From Phycisphaerae bacterium (GTDB lineage: Bacteria > Planctomycetota > Phycisphaerae > UBA1845 > Fen-1342): DNA of 64,000 bases. The notes beneath the pieces are model-generated. The model was not told the DNA's origin. It searched no databases and was given only the letters and a program-made list of their open reading frames with translations. Numbering within the stretch: the stretch's first letter is position 1; every line of letters begins with the position of its first letter. Positions 1 to 10,230 of this stretch are shown here, piece by piece. The stretch lies in NCBI GenBank assembly GCA_050115495.1, contig JASFQK010000030.1, positions 1 to 64,000 on the forward strand, written 5' to 3'. Both the position numbers and the translations under genes were made by a program.

Positions 1-150
1 CCGCGCGCCTGGCTCCCCCGCCTCCTCGCCACCCTCCTGCCCCGCCGACAACCTGCCCCACCGCCCTCCACCTCCACCAGGAGATCAACCCGCCGCAAAC
101 GTGCGAATCGACAAACGTAGGGCGGCCCGTGCCCGCCAGCCCGCCAATCC

Positions 151-180
151 GCGCCAGAATCCGCCAGAACGCGCCAGAAC
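151..180. repeat. Three tandem 10-mers (G/C)CGCCAGAA(T/C)
   Basis: gcgccagaat ccgccagaac gcgccagaac; a similar 10-bp-period CAGAAT array lies at 37831-37876. Confidence 0.75.
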
Positions 181-202
181 CTAGCATTCCTAGGATTCCC
201 CT

Positions 203-231
203 TTGCTTCTCTCCCGAAGCGCGTCTATCTT
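203..231 (+). promoter_or_regulatory. Putative sigma70 promoter
   Basis: TTGCTT (203-208), 17-bp spacer, TATCTT (226-231). Confidence 0.45.
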
Positions 232-237
232 TCACGT

Positions 238-800
238 GCTCACGCAGTTCCCGGGCCCGCCTTGACGGACCCTCGGTCTTCGGAGCCAGGACGCCGATCG
301 AAACGTTGTAGCACGGCTAACCCCGTGTGGTCGGCGACCAAACCGCGAAGACCGATCGTCTCGTGACCCGTGCGTCGGCGGAGCACCTTGCCGAGCGTCG
401 GCCCGTAGCGGCCGGTCTCCGTGCCGGCCGTCTGTGGCGTCCGGGCTCTGCACCGGACGTCTTCGTCCGACCTCCGTGTCGGACGTCGACCGCCGGCGAC
501 CGTTCACTTCGGTGAACACGGCACTGGTGCTCAGAGGACGCCGCTCGCATCGGCGAACGCCAGGACACGGCTGCCTGCACGGAACCGCACCCTCGCGGTC
601 ACTCAGCGCAGCACCGGAGCGGATCTTTGACAACTGAACAAGCCTCCCCGGCCACACGGCGCGGGGTCGCTATCGCCGGCTCTCTGCCACGCCCACAGGC
701 CGCTGGCGAGCACGCAGGGCGAGCCGTGCCCGCCGGATGCGGTCGGATGAATCCGTAACTGGCGTGCACAGCCGCCCCACATGCTCCGGCGGGACCTGTG
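238..800 (+). ncRNA. Putative structured non-coding RNA/leader with boxA-like motif
   Basis: No credible ORF. Stems TCGGTCTTCG/CGAAGACCGA, CGCCGATC/GGTCGGCG, GTTCAC-TTCG-GTGAAC, CCCGCCGGA/TCCGGCGGG. GATCTTTGACAACTGAA at ~622-638. Confidence 0.35.
405..485. repeat. Cluster of GTAG-type REP palindromes
   Basis: GTAGCGGCCGGTCTCCGTGCCGGCCG plus two variants; related copies at 7572-7597, 7667-7692, 36906-36932, 37081-37106. Confidence 0.7.
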
Positions 801-866
801 AACCCGACTTCCCCCCCGACGTCCTCCCCGTTAGCCCCTCCCCGCAATAGCGATCTTCCTATCCGC

Positions 867-1265
867 CTACTCCTCCCAACAAACCACGACGGCCTTCACA
901 ACAACCGTCGCGTTCGGAGGAACACTCTTCGCCGGGAGAAACACCTCGAATTCCCTGTCCCCTTGCGGCGGCACGTCGAGCACCTCGACCATGGGATTCG
1001 CGGCCTGCACGGCGCCTGCCTCGTCCAGCAACTGGACGAGCAGGACGACGGACGATGCCGAGCGGGCGTCCTCATTGACCAGCACGCCTCTGACGACACA
1101 TCCCGCGCCCGTCGCTTCCCAGGTGACTTTCTCGGTTCTCAGGTGTGTGGTGTCGCGGTGCGCCGCTTCGTCGAAGGACGTCTCGCGCACGTGCCGAACG
1201 ACATGGAACGCGATCGCCCCGACGATCACGAGTGACAACAACAGGATTTTCGCGTGACGCTTCAT
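867..1265 (-). CDS. Membrane-anchored FxLYD-like Ig-fold protein
   Basis: Start MKRHAK overlaps the upstream stop; N-terminal TM; VRGVLVNE...VQLLDEAG...VPPQGDREFEV pattern. Confidence 0.6.
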   Translation of the reverse strand: MKRHAKILLLSLVIVGAIAFHVVRHVRETSFDEAAHRDTTHLRTEKVTWEATGAGCVVRGVLVNEDARSASSVVLLVQLLDEAGAVQAANPMVEVLDVPPQGDREFEVFLPAKSVPPNATVVVKAVVVCWEE

Positions 1266-2128
1266 CAGTGGTATGGATTCGATAGGTTGGGCATCGTCGT
1301 AACCCCCTCCCACTCGGGGTACTCACCGACATCAAAGGGGAATACCCGGATCAACTGCGCGTGCCCATCCAGGAAGGCGGCGTTCGCCCAGACATGCCCC
1401 CGCCCGCGCTTGTGCCAGTGCGCCTTCGGATGGGCCGCGATGGACGGCATGGTCCGGTGAATCGGCAGATCGCCGATCACCACTTTCCTGCTCGGATACG
1501 GGAAGAAGGTTACCCGGAGCGGCTCGGCGTTGGGCAGGGGAGTCTCCGCGAAGTCGCCGTAGCAGAAATCCAGCCCGACCAGCTTGGCCAGCCCCATCGG
1601 CATGAGCACGCCCATCCCGCGGTTGTATCCGGAGGCGTAGAAATAGCTGGTCCCATAGAGCTCATGCGCCGTCAGGTTCGGCGGGTAACGCGCGTTCTCG
1701 ATCCAGTAGATCGGCTCACCCTTGTCACACGGACACCGGAATAGCTCGTATGAATCGGCTACATACGGGTTGAGGAGCCGCTCCTCCGCGGGCAGACCGC
1801 CGCCGAACATGACGGCAGGCGCCCAATCTTCGTCTTCCAGGTCCATCCGCCCTTTCCGGCCGCCGAGTTCATGCCCCGTCGCCACGGGCACGACTCCGTT
1901 ATGCTCGCCGGTGTAGCAGAAGAAGCCAACCATGATCTGTCGCAGGTTGCTTTGACATACAACCGCCTTGGCTTGCTCTCTCGCCTGCTGAAGAGATGGC
2001 ACCAAGACGCTCATCAGGATGGCCACGATCGCAACGACCACCAGCAGTTCGATCAGTGTGAACGCCGCTGCCCGTCCTGCGTATCCGCTACGCATCAGCC
2101 CCTCCGTCGGCTGACCGGCAGACGTCAT
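1265..2128 (-). CDS. Prepilin-type N-terminal cleavage/methylation protein (DUF1559/H-X9-DG type)
   Basis: [42 protein letters not shown]-terminal [18 protein letters not shown]. Confidence 0.9.
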   Translation of the reverse strand: MTSAGQPTEGLMRSGYAGRAAAFTLIELLVVVAIVAILMSVLVPSLQQAREQAKAVVCQSNLRQIMVGFFCYTGEHNGVVPVATGHELGGRKGRMDLEDEDWAPAVMFGGGLPAEERLLNPYVADSYELFRCPCDKGEPIYWIENARYPPNLTAHELYGTSYFYASGYNRGMGVLMPMGLAKLVGLDFCYGDFAETPLPNAEPLRVTFFPYPSRKVVIGDLPIHRTMPSIAAHPKAHWHKRGRGHVWANAAFLDGHAQLIRVFPFDVGEYPEWEGVTTMPNLSNPYH

Positions 2129-2194
2129 CAGGCAAGCCTCCTCCTTTCAACGGTCCACACCTCGACGACACAGGCTGCCACCGAGATCACGAGA

Positions 2195-3256
2195 TCAGCC
2201 GCCCGTACACGCCGCCTGAAGGACGCTGAAGTCGGCCAGATCCACATCGTCGTCGCCCCCATGCAGGTCAGCCGCCTCGCAGTCGGGGCCGACCGAAACG
2301 CCCGGACCATCGAGGCAACCGGCGAAAACGACAACATCGTCCACGTCGACATCGCCGTCGCCGTCAAGGTCGCCGAGCATGCCGGGCAACGGGTCCACCG
2401 TGTAGGCGATCGTCGTGTTCCCGATCAGGCTGTTCAGCGTGATTGACACATCGCTGTCTGTATAGACGGGATTGCTCTTCTCCATCTGGATGACGAGCAG
2501 ACAAGTGGCCTCCGTCGGCAAACGCGGGGCGATCTCCTCCAGCAGGTACTGCTCGAAGTCCCCATCGAAGAAGCCCGCCGGATCGTCCAGTTCGACCGCG
2601 GCCATCCCCGCCTCCGTCAGCTCGGTCACCGGAATGAGATATCCACTCTGCGGCCGATCATTGAACGTGGCGTCGATATCGTTGGGATCGGGATTGCCGT
2701 CGGTGTTGGTTGCCAGGTAGAAGTCGAGCAGGTAACTGATCGACCAGTTGCCAGCCGCAGCCCTCTCCCATGTTCCGCCGTTGGGAAGCCCATCAACGTT
2801 GTATTGCGGCTCCTGCGTAGCCGGGTCGCCCTCTGCAACCAGGGCCTGGTTCATCTGCGCAACGGTCGTTGCCTGCCCGACGTAGCACTGCTGAACAACC
2901 TGGACATTCCACGAATCGGCGTCCGCATACGAAAGCGCCATCGTCAAGGCTGCCTCCCCGGAAAGCGAAGGGGCCATCACGAACGACGAACCGCCAACAC
3001 CGCTCGGATCGGCGAAGTTGTGGCTGAGCGCTCCGAGAGGATTCCACCCGGACGCATACGGGTAGTCGTCCCCCGTAAAGACCAACCAGTCGCAGGATTG
3101 TGATGATTGGGCTGGCTTCCGACCGACCGCCGACGGCAACTCTGGCGTCGCCTGCGAGTTGTCCCACGTCAACAACGTGAAGTGCAGGGTCGTATCCTCA
3201 GCCAGGGCACCCGCCACCATCGCGACTGCACCGAGCGTGACAAGAACTCGACACAT
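2195..3256 (-). CDS. Secreted protein with C-terminal dockerin/EF-hand-like domain
   Basis: Signal peptide MCRVLVTLGAVAMVAGALA; GDLDGDGDVDVDD...DVDLADFSVLQ. Confidence 0.8.
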   Translation of the reverse strand: MCRVLVTLGAVAMVAGALAEDTTLHFTLLTWDNSQATPELPSAVGRKPAQSSQSCDWLVFTGDDYPYASGWNPLGALSHNFADPSGVGGSSFVMAPSLSGEAALTMALSYADADSWNVQVVQQCYVGQATTVAQMNQALVAEGDPATQEPQYNVDGLPNGGTWERAAAGNWSISYLLDFYLATNTDGNPDPNDIDATFNDRPQSGYLIPVTELTEAGMAAVELDDPAGFFDGDFEQYLLEEIAPRLPTEATCLLVIQMEKSNPVYTDSDVSITLNSLIGNTTIAYTVDPLPGMLGDLDGDGDVDVDDVVVFAGCLDGPGVSVGPDCEAADLHGGDDDVDLADFSVLQAACTGG

Positions 3257-3472
3257 GCTTCGAACCTCCCACCAGTAATCGCCAAGCACGCAGCCAGCGA
3301 CTGCCTTGGCAAGCCCCTGCCATTCCTCGCCACCGCCCGCCTGCTCCTTCCCCATTCCGGAGTTCCACCCAGCCAGCAGCGTGCGGCAGGCCCAGGCACC
3401 CACGCAACTCCGGGGTGCCGAGTACGGCACCCCGAAGCCCGTGAATGTCCCCTCAAATAGCCGCGCCCCGGC

Positions 3473-4090
3473 CTAACCCCGGCGCCTGACGGCGAACAGG
3501 ATGCCGGGAAGCAGCAATAGCGTGCTGCTCGGCTCCGGTACAGCCCCGATCGCGTCAACGAATCCGCCGCTCAAAGAGGAAGTGCTGACGCGTTCCACGC
3601 GGATGTACTGAACGTCCGCTAGTCCGCCCAGATCAAACCAGCAATCCTCCAGGTAGCCCGGCTGCCCCCCGCCAATCGTGCCAATTTCCGTGAAGTTGGT
3701 CCCGTCCGAGCTGGCCTGCACCGACGACCCGTAGTTAGGCCCGAAGTACCCCACGACGAGCACGTCATCGCCGGCACCGTCCTGGACGAGTGTGTCGAAC
3801 TTGACCGTGAACGAGTCACTGGCCGGGGGCATCTTCCAGCCAGCAACGTAATCATTATCCTCCGCATCCCAGGCGTAGCCGTTGGGCGGATCGCTCTGGT
3901 CTGCGTCCGGCGCGCCCGTCAGCCACCACGTGGTCTCCGAACTCATCAACTCCCCACCGAAACACATGATGCTGCCCGTCCAACCCTCCACCGAGTCGGC
4001 CCACACGCAGTCCTCGTACGCCGCGCTGGCCGCACCCACGCAGTTGACGACCAGTGCAATCGCCAAAACGGTACCTGCCCACACCTTCAT
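3473..4090 (-). CDS. PEP-CTERM sorting domain protein
   Basis: Signal peptide; C-terminal VPEPSSTLLLLPGILFAVRRRG; upstream TTGACA-N16-TAAAAT (4205-4178). Confidence 0.9.
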   Translation of the reverse strand: MKVWAGTVLAIALVVNCVGAASAAYEDCVWADSVEGWTGSIMCFGGELMSSETTWWLTGAPDADQSDPPNGYAWDAEDNDYVAGWKMPPASDSFTVKFDTLVQDGAGDDVLVVGYFGPNYGSSVQASSDGTNFTEIGTIGGGQPGYLEDCWFDLGGLADVQYIRVERVSTSSLSGGFVDAIGAVPEPSSTLLLLPGILFAVRRRG

Positions 4091-4576
4091 TCTTCTCCTC
4101 CTCTCGTCCGCGAGAAAACAGAAATCCCAACCCTATCAGTGCCAATTAGAGGCACGAACGAGTAACCAAACGGCGCCATTTTATGACATCTAGTTTATAT
4201 GTCAAGCAACGGGTTGTAAAACCAACCGATTGCTTCTCTCGTCAGCGCCGCGGAAAGACGATTCGCTCTAACACACTGGCCTTGAATGGTTTACGTGCCG
4301 TACCCGACACGAAAGACGGGGCGACGGGCCGCTGTTCCCGGCTACGCGCGCGTGCGAAATGCCTGGCTCCCATCGAAGGACCGATAAACGGGGGACAGAA
4401 CACGCTGGGGAGGGAGAATCCGAGCCAAGGCTCCGGCCTCCAGCCAGCTGACCAGTGCCCGTCGCCGGATGGCGAGCAGACGGCGGGTCGCTACACTGGC
4501 GTTACGGCTCGCGGTGAGGGGGCGGGTGGCGGACCCGCCGGCGAGCGGCGTTGAGGGAAACCGGGAGGCCAGCGGT

Positions 4577-5476
4577 ATGGATACGTGGTGGTTTGCGCCG
4601 TTGTGTGTGGCCGCGGTGTGGGTCGGAGCGGTCGGGCATATCGCGGAGAAGGAGTGGGCCGCACTGTCGCCAACGTCGCCGACCGTGACGCGACTATCAC
4701 AGCCGCCAGCGGCGGCCCCGCACGCACAGCCGCCGGCAGAATCGCAGCCGGCCGAAACGGAAGAGGCGGAAGAGACAGCGGAGTCGGCGGAGTCGCCGTC
4801 GCGTGGGCGGCCGCAGAAGGCGGTCCAGTTCGTTAAGAGCGTGAACAGCGATCTCGCGTCGACGTACGCCCGCGAGGGAGACGACAGCACGGCGCAAATC
4901 AGCTATGGCCTGTCCACCCTGCTCGCCGAGGGCCAGCGCGTGCCGGAGCATATGCAAGTGAACTGGCCGCGGTCGAAGAAGCTGGCGCTGGAGTTCGTCC
5001 GGCGAATCAAAGCCGGGCCGCTGCTGGAGAAGCGATACGAACTCAAGTTCACGCCCACGCGCGTGTCGATGGCGGAGAAGGGCATCGCCGTCCGGGGCGA
5101 GTGGCGCCCGTTCCAGCGCAACTGGAAGAGCTACATCAGCAAAGCCGCCCAGAAGAAACACAACGCGTTCATGAGAAAGCTCACCGGGCAACTTGCCAAG
5201 TCGAGGCGGGAGCAGTTTGAACGAGGCGTCAAATCGGTCAAGGACCGTTACGAGACAATCGCCATATCCTGCGTGATCCCGGCGAACGGCGTGGACTTCG
5301 AGAAGGTCAAGGCTGCGAAGTTCATCACCGTCACGGGCCGGATCATGGACTTCGACTTCGAGGGTCAGGTAACCAGCCAGAGCTCGGACGAGTATTGCCC
5401 TAACAAGCGCCCCCACGTCTCGTCAATCAGCTTCGCCGTGGAGGAAGTCGACAGGAAGCTCCGCTCGGACGACTGA
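4577..5476 (+). CDS. Hypothetical exported protein
   Basis: GGAGG SD before ATG 4577; hydrophobic N-terminus, low-complexity linker, Lys-rich globular part. Confidence 0.6.
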   Translation: MDTWWFAPLCVAAVWVGAVGHIAEKEWAALSPTSPTVTRLSQPPAAAPHAQPPAESQPAETEEAEETAESAESPSRGRPQKAVQFVKSVNSDLASTYAREGDDSTAQISYGLSTLLAEGQRVPEHMQVNWPRSKKLALEFVRRIKAGPLLEKRYELKFTPTRVSMAEKGIAVRGEWRPFQRNWKSYISKAAQKKHNAFMRKLTGQLAKSRREQFERGVKSVKDRYETIAISCVIPANGVDFEKVKAAKFITVTGRIMDFDFEGQVTSQSSDEYCPNKRPHVSSISFAVEEVDRKLRSDD

Positions 5477-5543
5477 GCTCGAATCGGCTGGGCAAGCAAC
5501 GCTTCGTTGCCTCATCACCCTGAGCGCAGCCGAAGGGGTTGCC

Positions 5544-6329
5544 TCAGTTGATCTCGTGCGCTAGCGGCCCGAGGACCTGGCGGAGCAAATCGGCCGCGGG
5601 GTAACCGGGAGCGCGGTGCTGGCGGAAGCCTTCGCCGAAACGGCTGCCGATGCGCTGGCCGCGCTGCTGGTTCCAAGCGCGGGTCGCGTCGCAGAGCTGC
5701 TCGACGTCGGCGAAACCGGTCGTTCGTGGCGAGGCGGTGGCGTGCCGGGCCAGCATCTTCGTCTTCATGTCGAACGTCGCCGAGATGTCCACGATCAGCC
5801 CGGGCTCGACCGGCCGGCCGGACACGTCGCACAGCGCCGGCGGATCGACGTGGTACAGGTGCGGCCTGCGGCCGGTAGGCTCGGCCGAGTTGTGGCCGCC
5901 GGCGACGCGGTAGTTTTTCGCTGGCGCTGCGAGGCAGGCCTGCCGGAAGATACGACCGGTCTCGTCGTGGTCGGGCGAAGGGTCGAGCGGCCCGTGTGTG
6001 AAGACGACCGCCGGCCGGATCTGGCGGATCAGCGCCGTCGCCCGCCGGCACCACTCGTCGCTGTACGCCACGGCGAGGTCGCCGCCGTCCAGGCAGTACC
6101 ACTCGCCCTCGAGCAGCGCCGCCGCGGCCCAGCCCTCGTCCCGGCGAAGAGCGGCCTGCGTGTCGGCGGGCAGCTCGCCGCCGCCACATTCACCCACGGT
6201 GAGCGACGCAACGGCCACACGCCAGCCGCGTTGCCGCAGCAGGGCCAGCGTGCCGGCACAGAGCATCTCCGCATCGCCGGGATGGGCCCCGACAGCGAGC
6301 ACCACGGGCTCTTCGACGAGCGTGCTCAT
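5544..6329 (-). CDS. PIG-L/LmbE family deacetylase
   Basis: VLAVGAHPGDAE, RRDEG, VFTH...DH, VDISATFDMK..MLARH. Confidence 0.85.
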   Translation of the reverse strand: MSTLVEEPVVLAVGAHPGDAEMLCAGTLALLRQRGWRVAVASLTVGECGGGELPADTQAALRRDEGWAAAALLEGEWYCLDGGDLAVAYSDEWCRRATALIRQIRPAVVFTHGPLDPSPDHDETGRIFRQACLAAPAKNYRVAGGHNSAEPTGRRPHLYHVDPPALCDVSGRPVEPGLIVDISATFDMKTKMLARHATASPRTTGFADVEQLCDATRAWNQQRGQRIGSRFGEGFRQHRAPGYPAADLLRQVLGPLAHEIN

Positions 6330-6466
6330 ACGCTTCCTATCGGCTGGACGCCGGCCGGTCTCCGGCGAAGCTCGCCGGCCTGTCGCGGCCGGCTCAAGGC
6401 GCACAACCTACGGCAAGCCGGCCGGGCAGTACAATGCACGGGACCCGACGAGCCCGGACCGCGACC

Positions 6467-7408
6467 ATGCCACACGAAGACACGTTCATCCTGCACGACC
6501 ACCGGCCGGCGTACCTGCGGCCCGACGTGGCGGCGACACTGCCGCAACGAGCCGAACGCGCCCGGGCCGAGCTGCGCTGCTGCCGGGCGTGTCCGCAGCG
6601 CTGCGGCGTCGACCGATCGGCTGGCGAGACCGGCTTCTGCGGCGTCGGTCGGCGGGCACGCGTCGCCTCCGCGTTCGCCCATTTCGGCGAGGAGAGCTGC
6701 CTCCGCGGCACGCACGGCTCGGGCACGATCTTCTTCTCCGGCTGCAACCTGCACTGCGTGTTCTGTCAGAACTGGGACATCTCGCAACGCCCCAACGGCC
6801 AGGAGCTCGATCCGCCGCAACTGGCCGAGCTGATGCTGAGCCTCCAGGAAGCCGACTGCCACAACGTGAACCTGGTCACGCCCGAGCACGTCGTGCCACA
6901 GGTGGTCGAGGCCCTCGTGCTGGCGATCGACGGCGGGCTGCGCGTGCCGGTGGTGTACAACACGAGCGCGTACGATGCGCCGGAGTCGCTTACCCTCCTC
7001 GACGGCCTGATCGACATCTACATGCCGGACTTCAAGCTGTGGGAGTCGGCGACGGCCGCCCGGCTCATCCACGCCGGCGACTACCCGGATATGGCTCGGG
7101 CGGCGATTCGCGAAATGCACCGGCAGGTCGGCGATCTCCATCTGTCGCCAACTGGCGTCGCCTGTCGCGGACTGCTGCTGCGGCACCTGGTAATGCCCGG
7201 CCTGACGGCGGAGAGCGCCGCGATCTGCCAGTGGCTGGCGACGGACGTCTCGCCGAACACGTTCGTGAACTTGATGGGGCAATACCGCCCGGAGAACGAG
7301 GTCGCGGCAGACCGTTTCCCAGACATCAGTCGCCGGCCGACCGCCGCCGAACTGACCGCCGTCCGCACCGCGGCACGAGCGGCGGGTTTGTGGCGGTTTG
7401 ACAATTGA
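6467..7408 (+). CDS. Radical SAM protein, PflX-like
   Basis: CRACPQRCGVDR, HFGEE, SGTIFFSGCNLHCVFCQNWDIS, YMPDFK, NLMGQYRP. Confidence 0.9.
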   Translation: MPHEDTFILHDHRPAYLRPDVAATLPQRAERARAELRCCRACPQRCGVDRSAGETGFCGVGRRARVASAFAHFGEESCLRGTHGSGTIFFSGCNLHCVFCQNWDISQRPNGQELDPPQLAELMLSLQEADCHNVNLVTPEHVVPQVVEALVLAIDGGLRVPVVYNTSAYDAPESLTLLDGLIDIYMPDFKLWESATAARLIHAGDYPDMARAAIREMHRQVGDLHLSPTGVACRGLLLRHLVMPGLTAESAAICQWLATDVSPNTFVNLMGQYRPENEVAADRFPDISRRPTAAELTAVRTAARAAGLWRFDN

Positions 7409-7429
7409 GACGGCGAAGCGAGGCATCCG

Positions 7430-7720
7430 ACGTCGGCCACGGTGCCGCCTGTCCGAGCCCTGAGCGGTAGCGACGGGTTGATCGCGCGACACGGCGGCGC
7501 TTGGCGACAAGCCGTTCCCTGCCGGTCCCGGCTCGGATGGATGGCGCGGGCGTGGCGCTTGTCACGTTCGACGTCGGCCACGGGGGGCCGACGCTACATG
7601 CCGGCGCCTTCGGCTTCAGCATGCCACACTCCGGCTCAAGGCTCAGGGCTGACGGCTCGCCAAAGACGTCCGGTACGGAGGTCGGACGCTACGGGGCGGG
7701 CGGCACGGAGCCTGGCCGTC
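7430..7720. repeat. REP/REPIN-like palindrome cluster
   Basis: CCGAGCCCTGAGCGGTAGCGACGGG...CCGTTCCCTGCCGGTCCCGGCTCGG inverted pair plus two GTAG-type palindromes. Confidence 0.6.
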
Positions 7721-7786
7721 GGACCGGCGACAAGTTCTGACAGGCCGGCGGGTGGGTTCGTAGTAGCATCGTGTTATACTATGCCC

Positions 7787-8689
7787 ATGCGTCCTGAAGA
7801 GCAGGCACCGGAACTGCTGCGATCGCTCGGGCTCAATCGGCTCGAGGCCGAGGTCTACACGTTCCTCTTGCAGCGGCGCGAGGCGGTCACCGGCTATCGC
7901 GTGGCCAAGGCCCTCGGCCGCCCTACCGCCAACGTGTACAAGGCCATCGACGCCCTGGCCCGCAAGGGCGCCGTCGCCGTCGACGAAGGTGCCCGGCGGC
8001 TGTGCCGGCCCACGTCGCCGGCGGAGTTCCTCGGTCAGCTCGAACACACGCTGCTGGACCGCACGCGACAGGCCGCCCGGCTGCTCGCCAACCTGCGGCC
8101 CGCCGACCAGGACGAGCGCGTGTACGACCTGCAATCGCCGGCGCTCGTGCTCGAACGCTGCCGGGCCATGCTGGACCGTAGCCGCGTCATCGCCCTCGTC
8201 GACGCCTTCCCGCGTGCGCTTCAGGCCGTCCTGCCGGCGATACGAGCAGCGGTGCAGCGCGGCGTCGAAGTTCACGTGCAGACGTACGAGCCACGGCGGA
8301 TCCCCGGGGCTCGCGTCGTGCAGGCCCACGGCAGCGACGAGATCCTCGCCAACTGGACCAGCGAGCAGCTCAACGTCGTCGTGGATAGCCAGGAGATGCT
8401 GCTCGCCCTGTTTCACACCGACCTGTCGAGCGTCCACCAGGCCATCTGGACCAGCAGCCTGTACCTCTCGTGCATCACGCACGTCGGGCTGCTGCGCGAA
8501 CACGTGTTTCACAACGTCGCCGCCCTCAGCCGTCAGCCCGGGTTCCCGCCCCGGCTCCGGCGGCTGCTCGAACAGCAACCGTTCTTCCACGCCGCGACCG
8601 CCCCGGGGCAGCAGAAGCTCCTCGCCCGGTTCGCGGCGGTACGGCCGGCGACACAACCCATAGGAAAACGGAGGCGAACTCGGCAGTGA
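7787..8689 (+). CDS. TrmB family transcriptional regulator
   Basis: LRSLGLNRLEAEVYTFLL...TGYRVAKALGRPTANVYKAIDALARKG; TATACT 6 nt before ATG (leaderless). Confidence 0.85.
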   Translation: MRPEEQAPELLRSLGLNRLEAEVYTFLLQRREAVTGYRVAKALGRPTANVYKAIDALARKGAVAVDEGARRLCRPTSPAEFLGQLEHTLLDRTRQAARLLANLRPADQDERVYDLQSPALVLERCRAMLDRSRVIALVDAFPRALQAVLPAIRAAVQRGVEVHVQTYEPRRIPGARVVQAHGSDEILANWTSEQLNVVVDSQEMLLALFHTDLSSVHQAIWTSSLYLSCITHVGLLREHVFHNVAALSRQPGFPPRLRRLLEQQPFFHAATAPGQQKLLARFAAVRPATQPIGKRRRTRQ

Positions 8690-10065
8690 ACCGCCACATG
8701 ACGAAGATGAGTTGGGTCGGCATGGTCGCCGTGATCGGTGTGCTCGCCGCGTGCTCGGCCCGCGGACAGGACTCCCAGCCAGCAAACGACGAGGAACTCG
8801 CCAAGGTCGTCCGCCGACTGGAGCACGAAGTCGAGGACCTGCGCGGTTGGCGGTTCAAGCGGCCGGTGAACGTCGCGGTCTGCACGCTCGACGAGCTGCG
8901 GGCGTTCATGGACCGCGATACTCACGATGACGCCGGTGGCTGGGGCGAGCAGGCCCGATCCGAAGCGGCGCTCAAGATGATCGGCGTGATTCCGCCGGAC
9001 TGCGACCCCGCCGCCGTGTTCGAGGAGGTGATGACCGCGTTTGTCCCCGGCATCTACGACGATGAGACGAAGACGCTGAAAGTCGTGGATCGGCCGGGCA
9101 TGGACATCAACTCGTTGCACCTGCACGGCGTGATCGCCCACGAACTCGTGCACGCCCTGGATGACCAGTACTTCGACCTGCACACGATGATGCGGGACGA
9201 CATCTCCAGCGATGAGAGCTTCGCCGTCATGGCGATCGTGGAAGGTTCGGCCGTCACACTTCAGGAACGGTTCAAGTGCCGAGCTCAGCGCAGCGGCAAG
9301 TACGACCTGGCGGCCGCCGCCCGGGCCGACGCGGCCGAGATGGAGCAGATGCGGGCGCTGTTCGCGGCGCCGGCGTTCGTGCGGTCGTTCATGGCGCGGT
9401 TCCCGTGCGGCATTCGGTTCCTGCTGCGCGGCGACATGTCCGCCTTCATGAATCCGGACGGCCCGGCGAGCGTGGCGGAAACGGTGCGCGCCGCGCTGAC
9501 GAACCTGCCGCGCTCGTCCGAACAGATCATCCACGCGGAGAAGTACTGGGACGATGCGCAGCGCGACGAGCCCGTCGTCGCCGACGATGCCACCATGGAA
9601 AAGCTGCTATCCGGCCTGTCATTGCACATCGTGCACCGCGACACCGTCGGCGAGTTGATGTGTGCCCTCCTGACGCGGCCGGCCGATCAGCGGGTCAACC
9701 CGATCATGCTGATGATGCCGGACACGTGGACGAACGAGGCGGCCGAGGGCTGGGGCGGCGATCGACTGTACCTGCTGACCGCAGCGGCGGTCGAAGAGCC
9801 GCTCGAAACGGCACCGCAGGACCTGTGCGCGTTGTGGATCACGGTCTGGGACACCCCCACCGACCGCGACGAGTTCCTCGCCGAATACGCCCGGTGCCGG
9901 AAGCAGCCAGAGCGGACGGTCGTGCCGCTCGGCGATCGCAGCGCCGCGTTCCTTTTCGCCGCGAACGAGAGCCGGCGGCAGGCGATCGAGCAAGCCCTGC
10001 GCACGGCCCCGCCGCTATGGACGCATGGCAAACGGCCCTGGTCGTTCGATGGACCGGTGGACTGA
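8686..10065 (+). CDS. Putative lipoprotein with zincin HEXXH motif
   Basis: LAAC lipobox; VEDLRG..FKRPV; IAHELVHALDDQYFDL; EG.A; SSEQIIH; AAEGWGGD. Confidence 0.75.
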   Translation: MNRHMTKMSWVGMVAVIGVLAACSARGQDSQPANDEELAKVVRRLEHEVEDLRGWRFKRPVNVAVCTLDELRAFMDRDTHDDAGGWGEQARSEAALKMIGVIPPDCDPAAVFEEVMTAFVPGIYDDETKTLKVVDRPGMDINSLHLHGVIAHELVHALDDQYFDLHTMMRDDISSDESFAVMAIVEGSAVTLQERFKCRAQRSGKYDLAAAARADAAEMEQMRALFAAPAFVRSFMARFPCGIRFLLRGDMSAFMNPDGPASVAETVRAALTNLPRSSEQIIHAEKYWDDAQRDEPVVADDATMEKLLSGLSLHIVHRDTVGELMCALLTRPADQRVNPIMLMMPDTWTNEAAEGWGGDRLYLLTAAAVEEPLETAPQDLCALWITVWDTPTDRDEFLAEYARCRKQPERTVVPLGDRSAAFLFAANESRRQAIEQALRTAPPLWTHGKRPWSFDGPVD

Positions 10066-10138
10066 GCCTTCTCGAAACGCGCTCCCGCAACCGCCGCGGC
10101 GATCCCGCCGCTAATGTGTTATTGTTCTGCGAAGACAT

Positions 10139-10166
10139 TGTCAGGAACGCGCCCGGCGAACGACTA
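10139..10166 (+). promoter_or_regulatory. Putative ECF sigma promoter (autoregulatory)
   Basis: TGTCAGGA-N14-CGACTA; same architecture at 11213-11240. Confidence 0.7.
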
Positions 10167-10230
10167 ATGTGTATGTCGCGCCGGTTGCCGCTACAATCCC
10201 GTCGCCGTTGATGCAAAAAGGAGGCACGCC

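Noticed and set aside
311..328. 16S-like GCACGGCTAACCCCGTG near the boxA motif
   Set aside because: The match is too short and flanks do not continue as rRNA.
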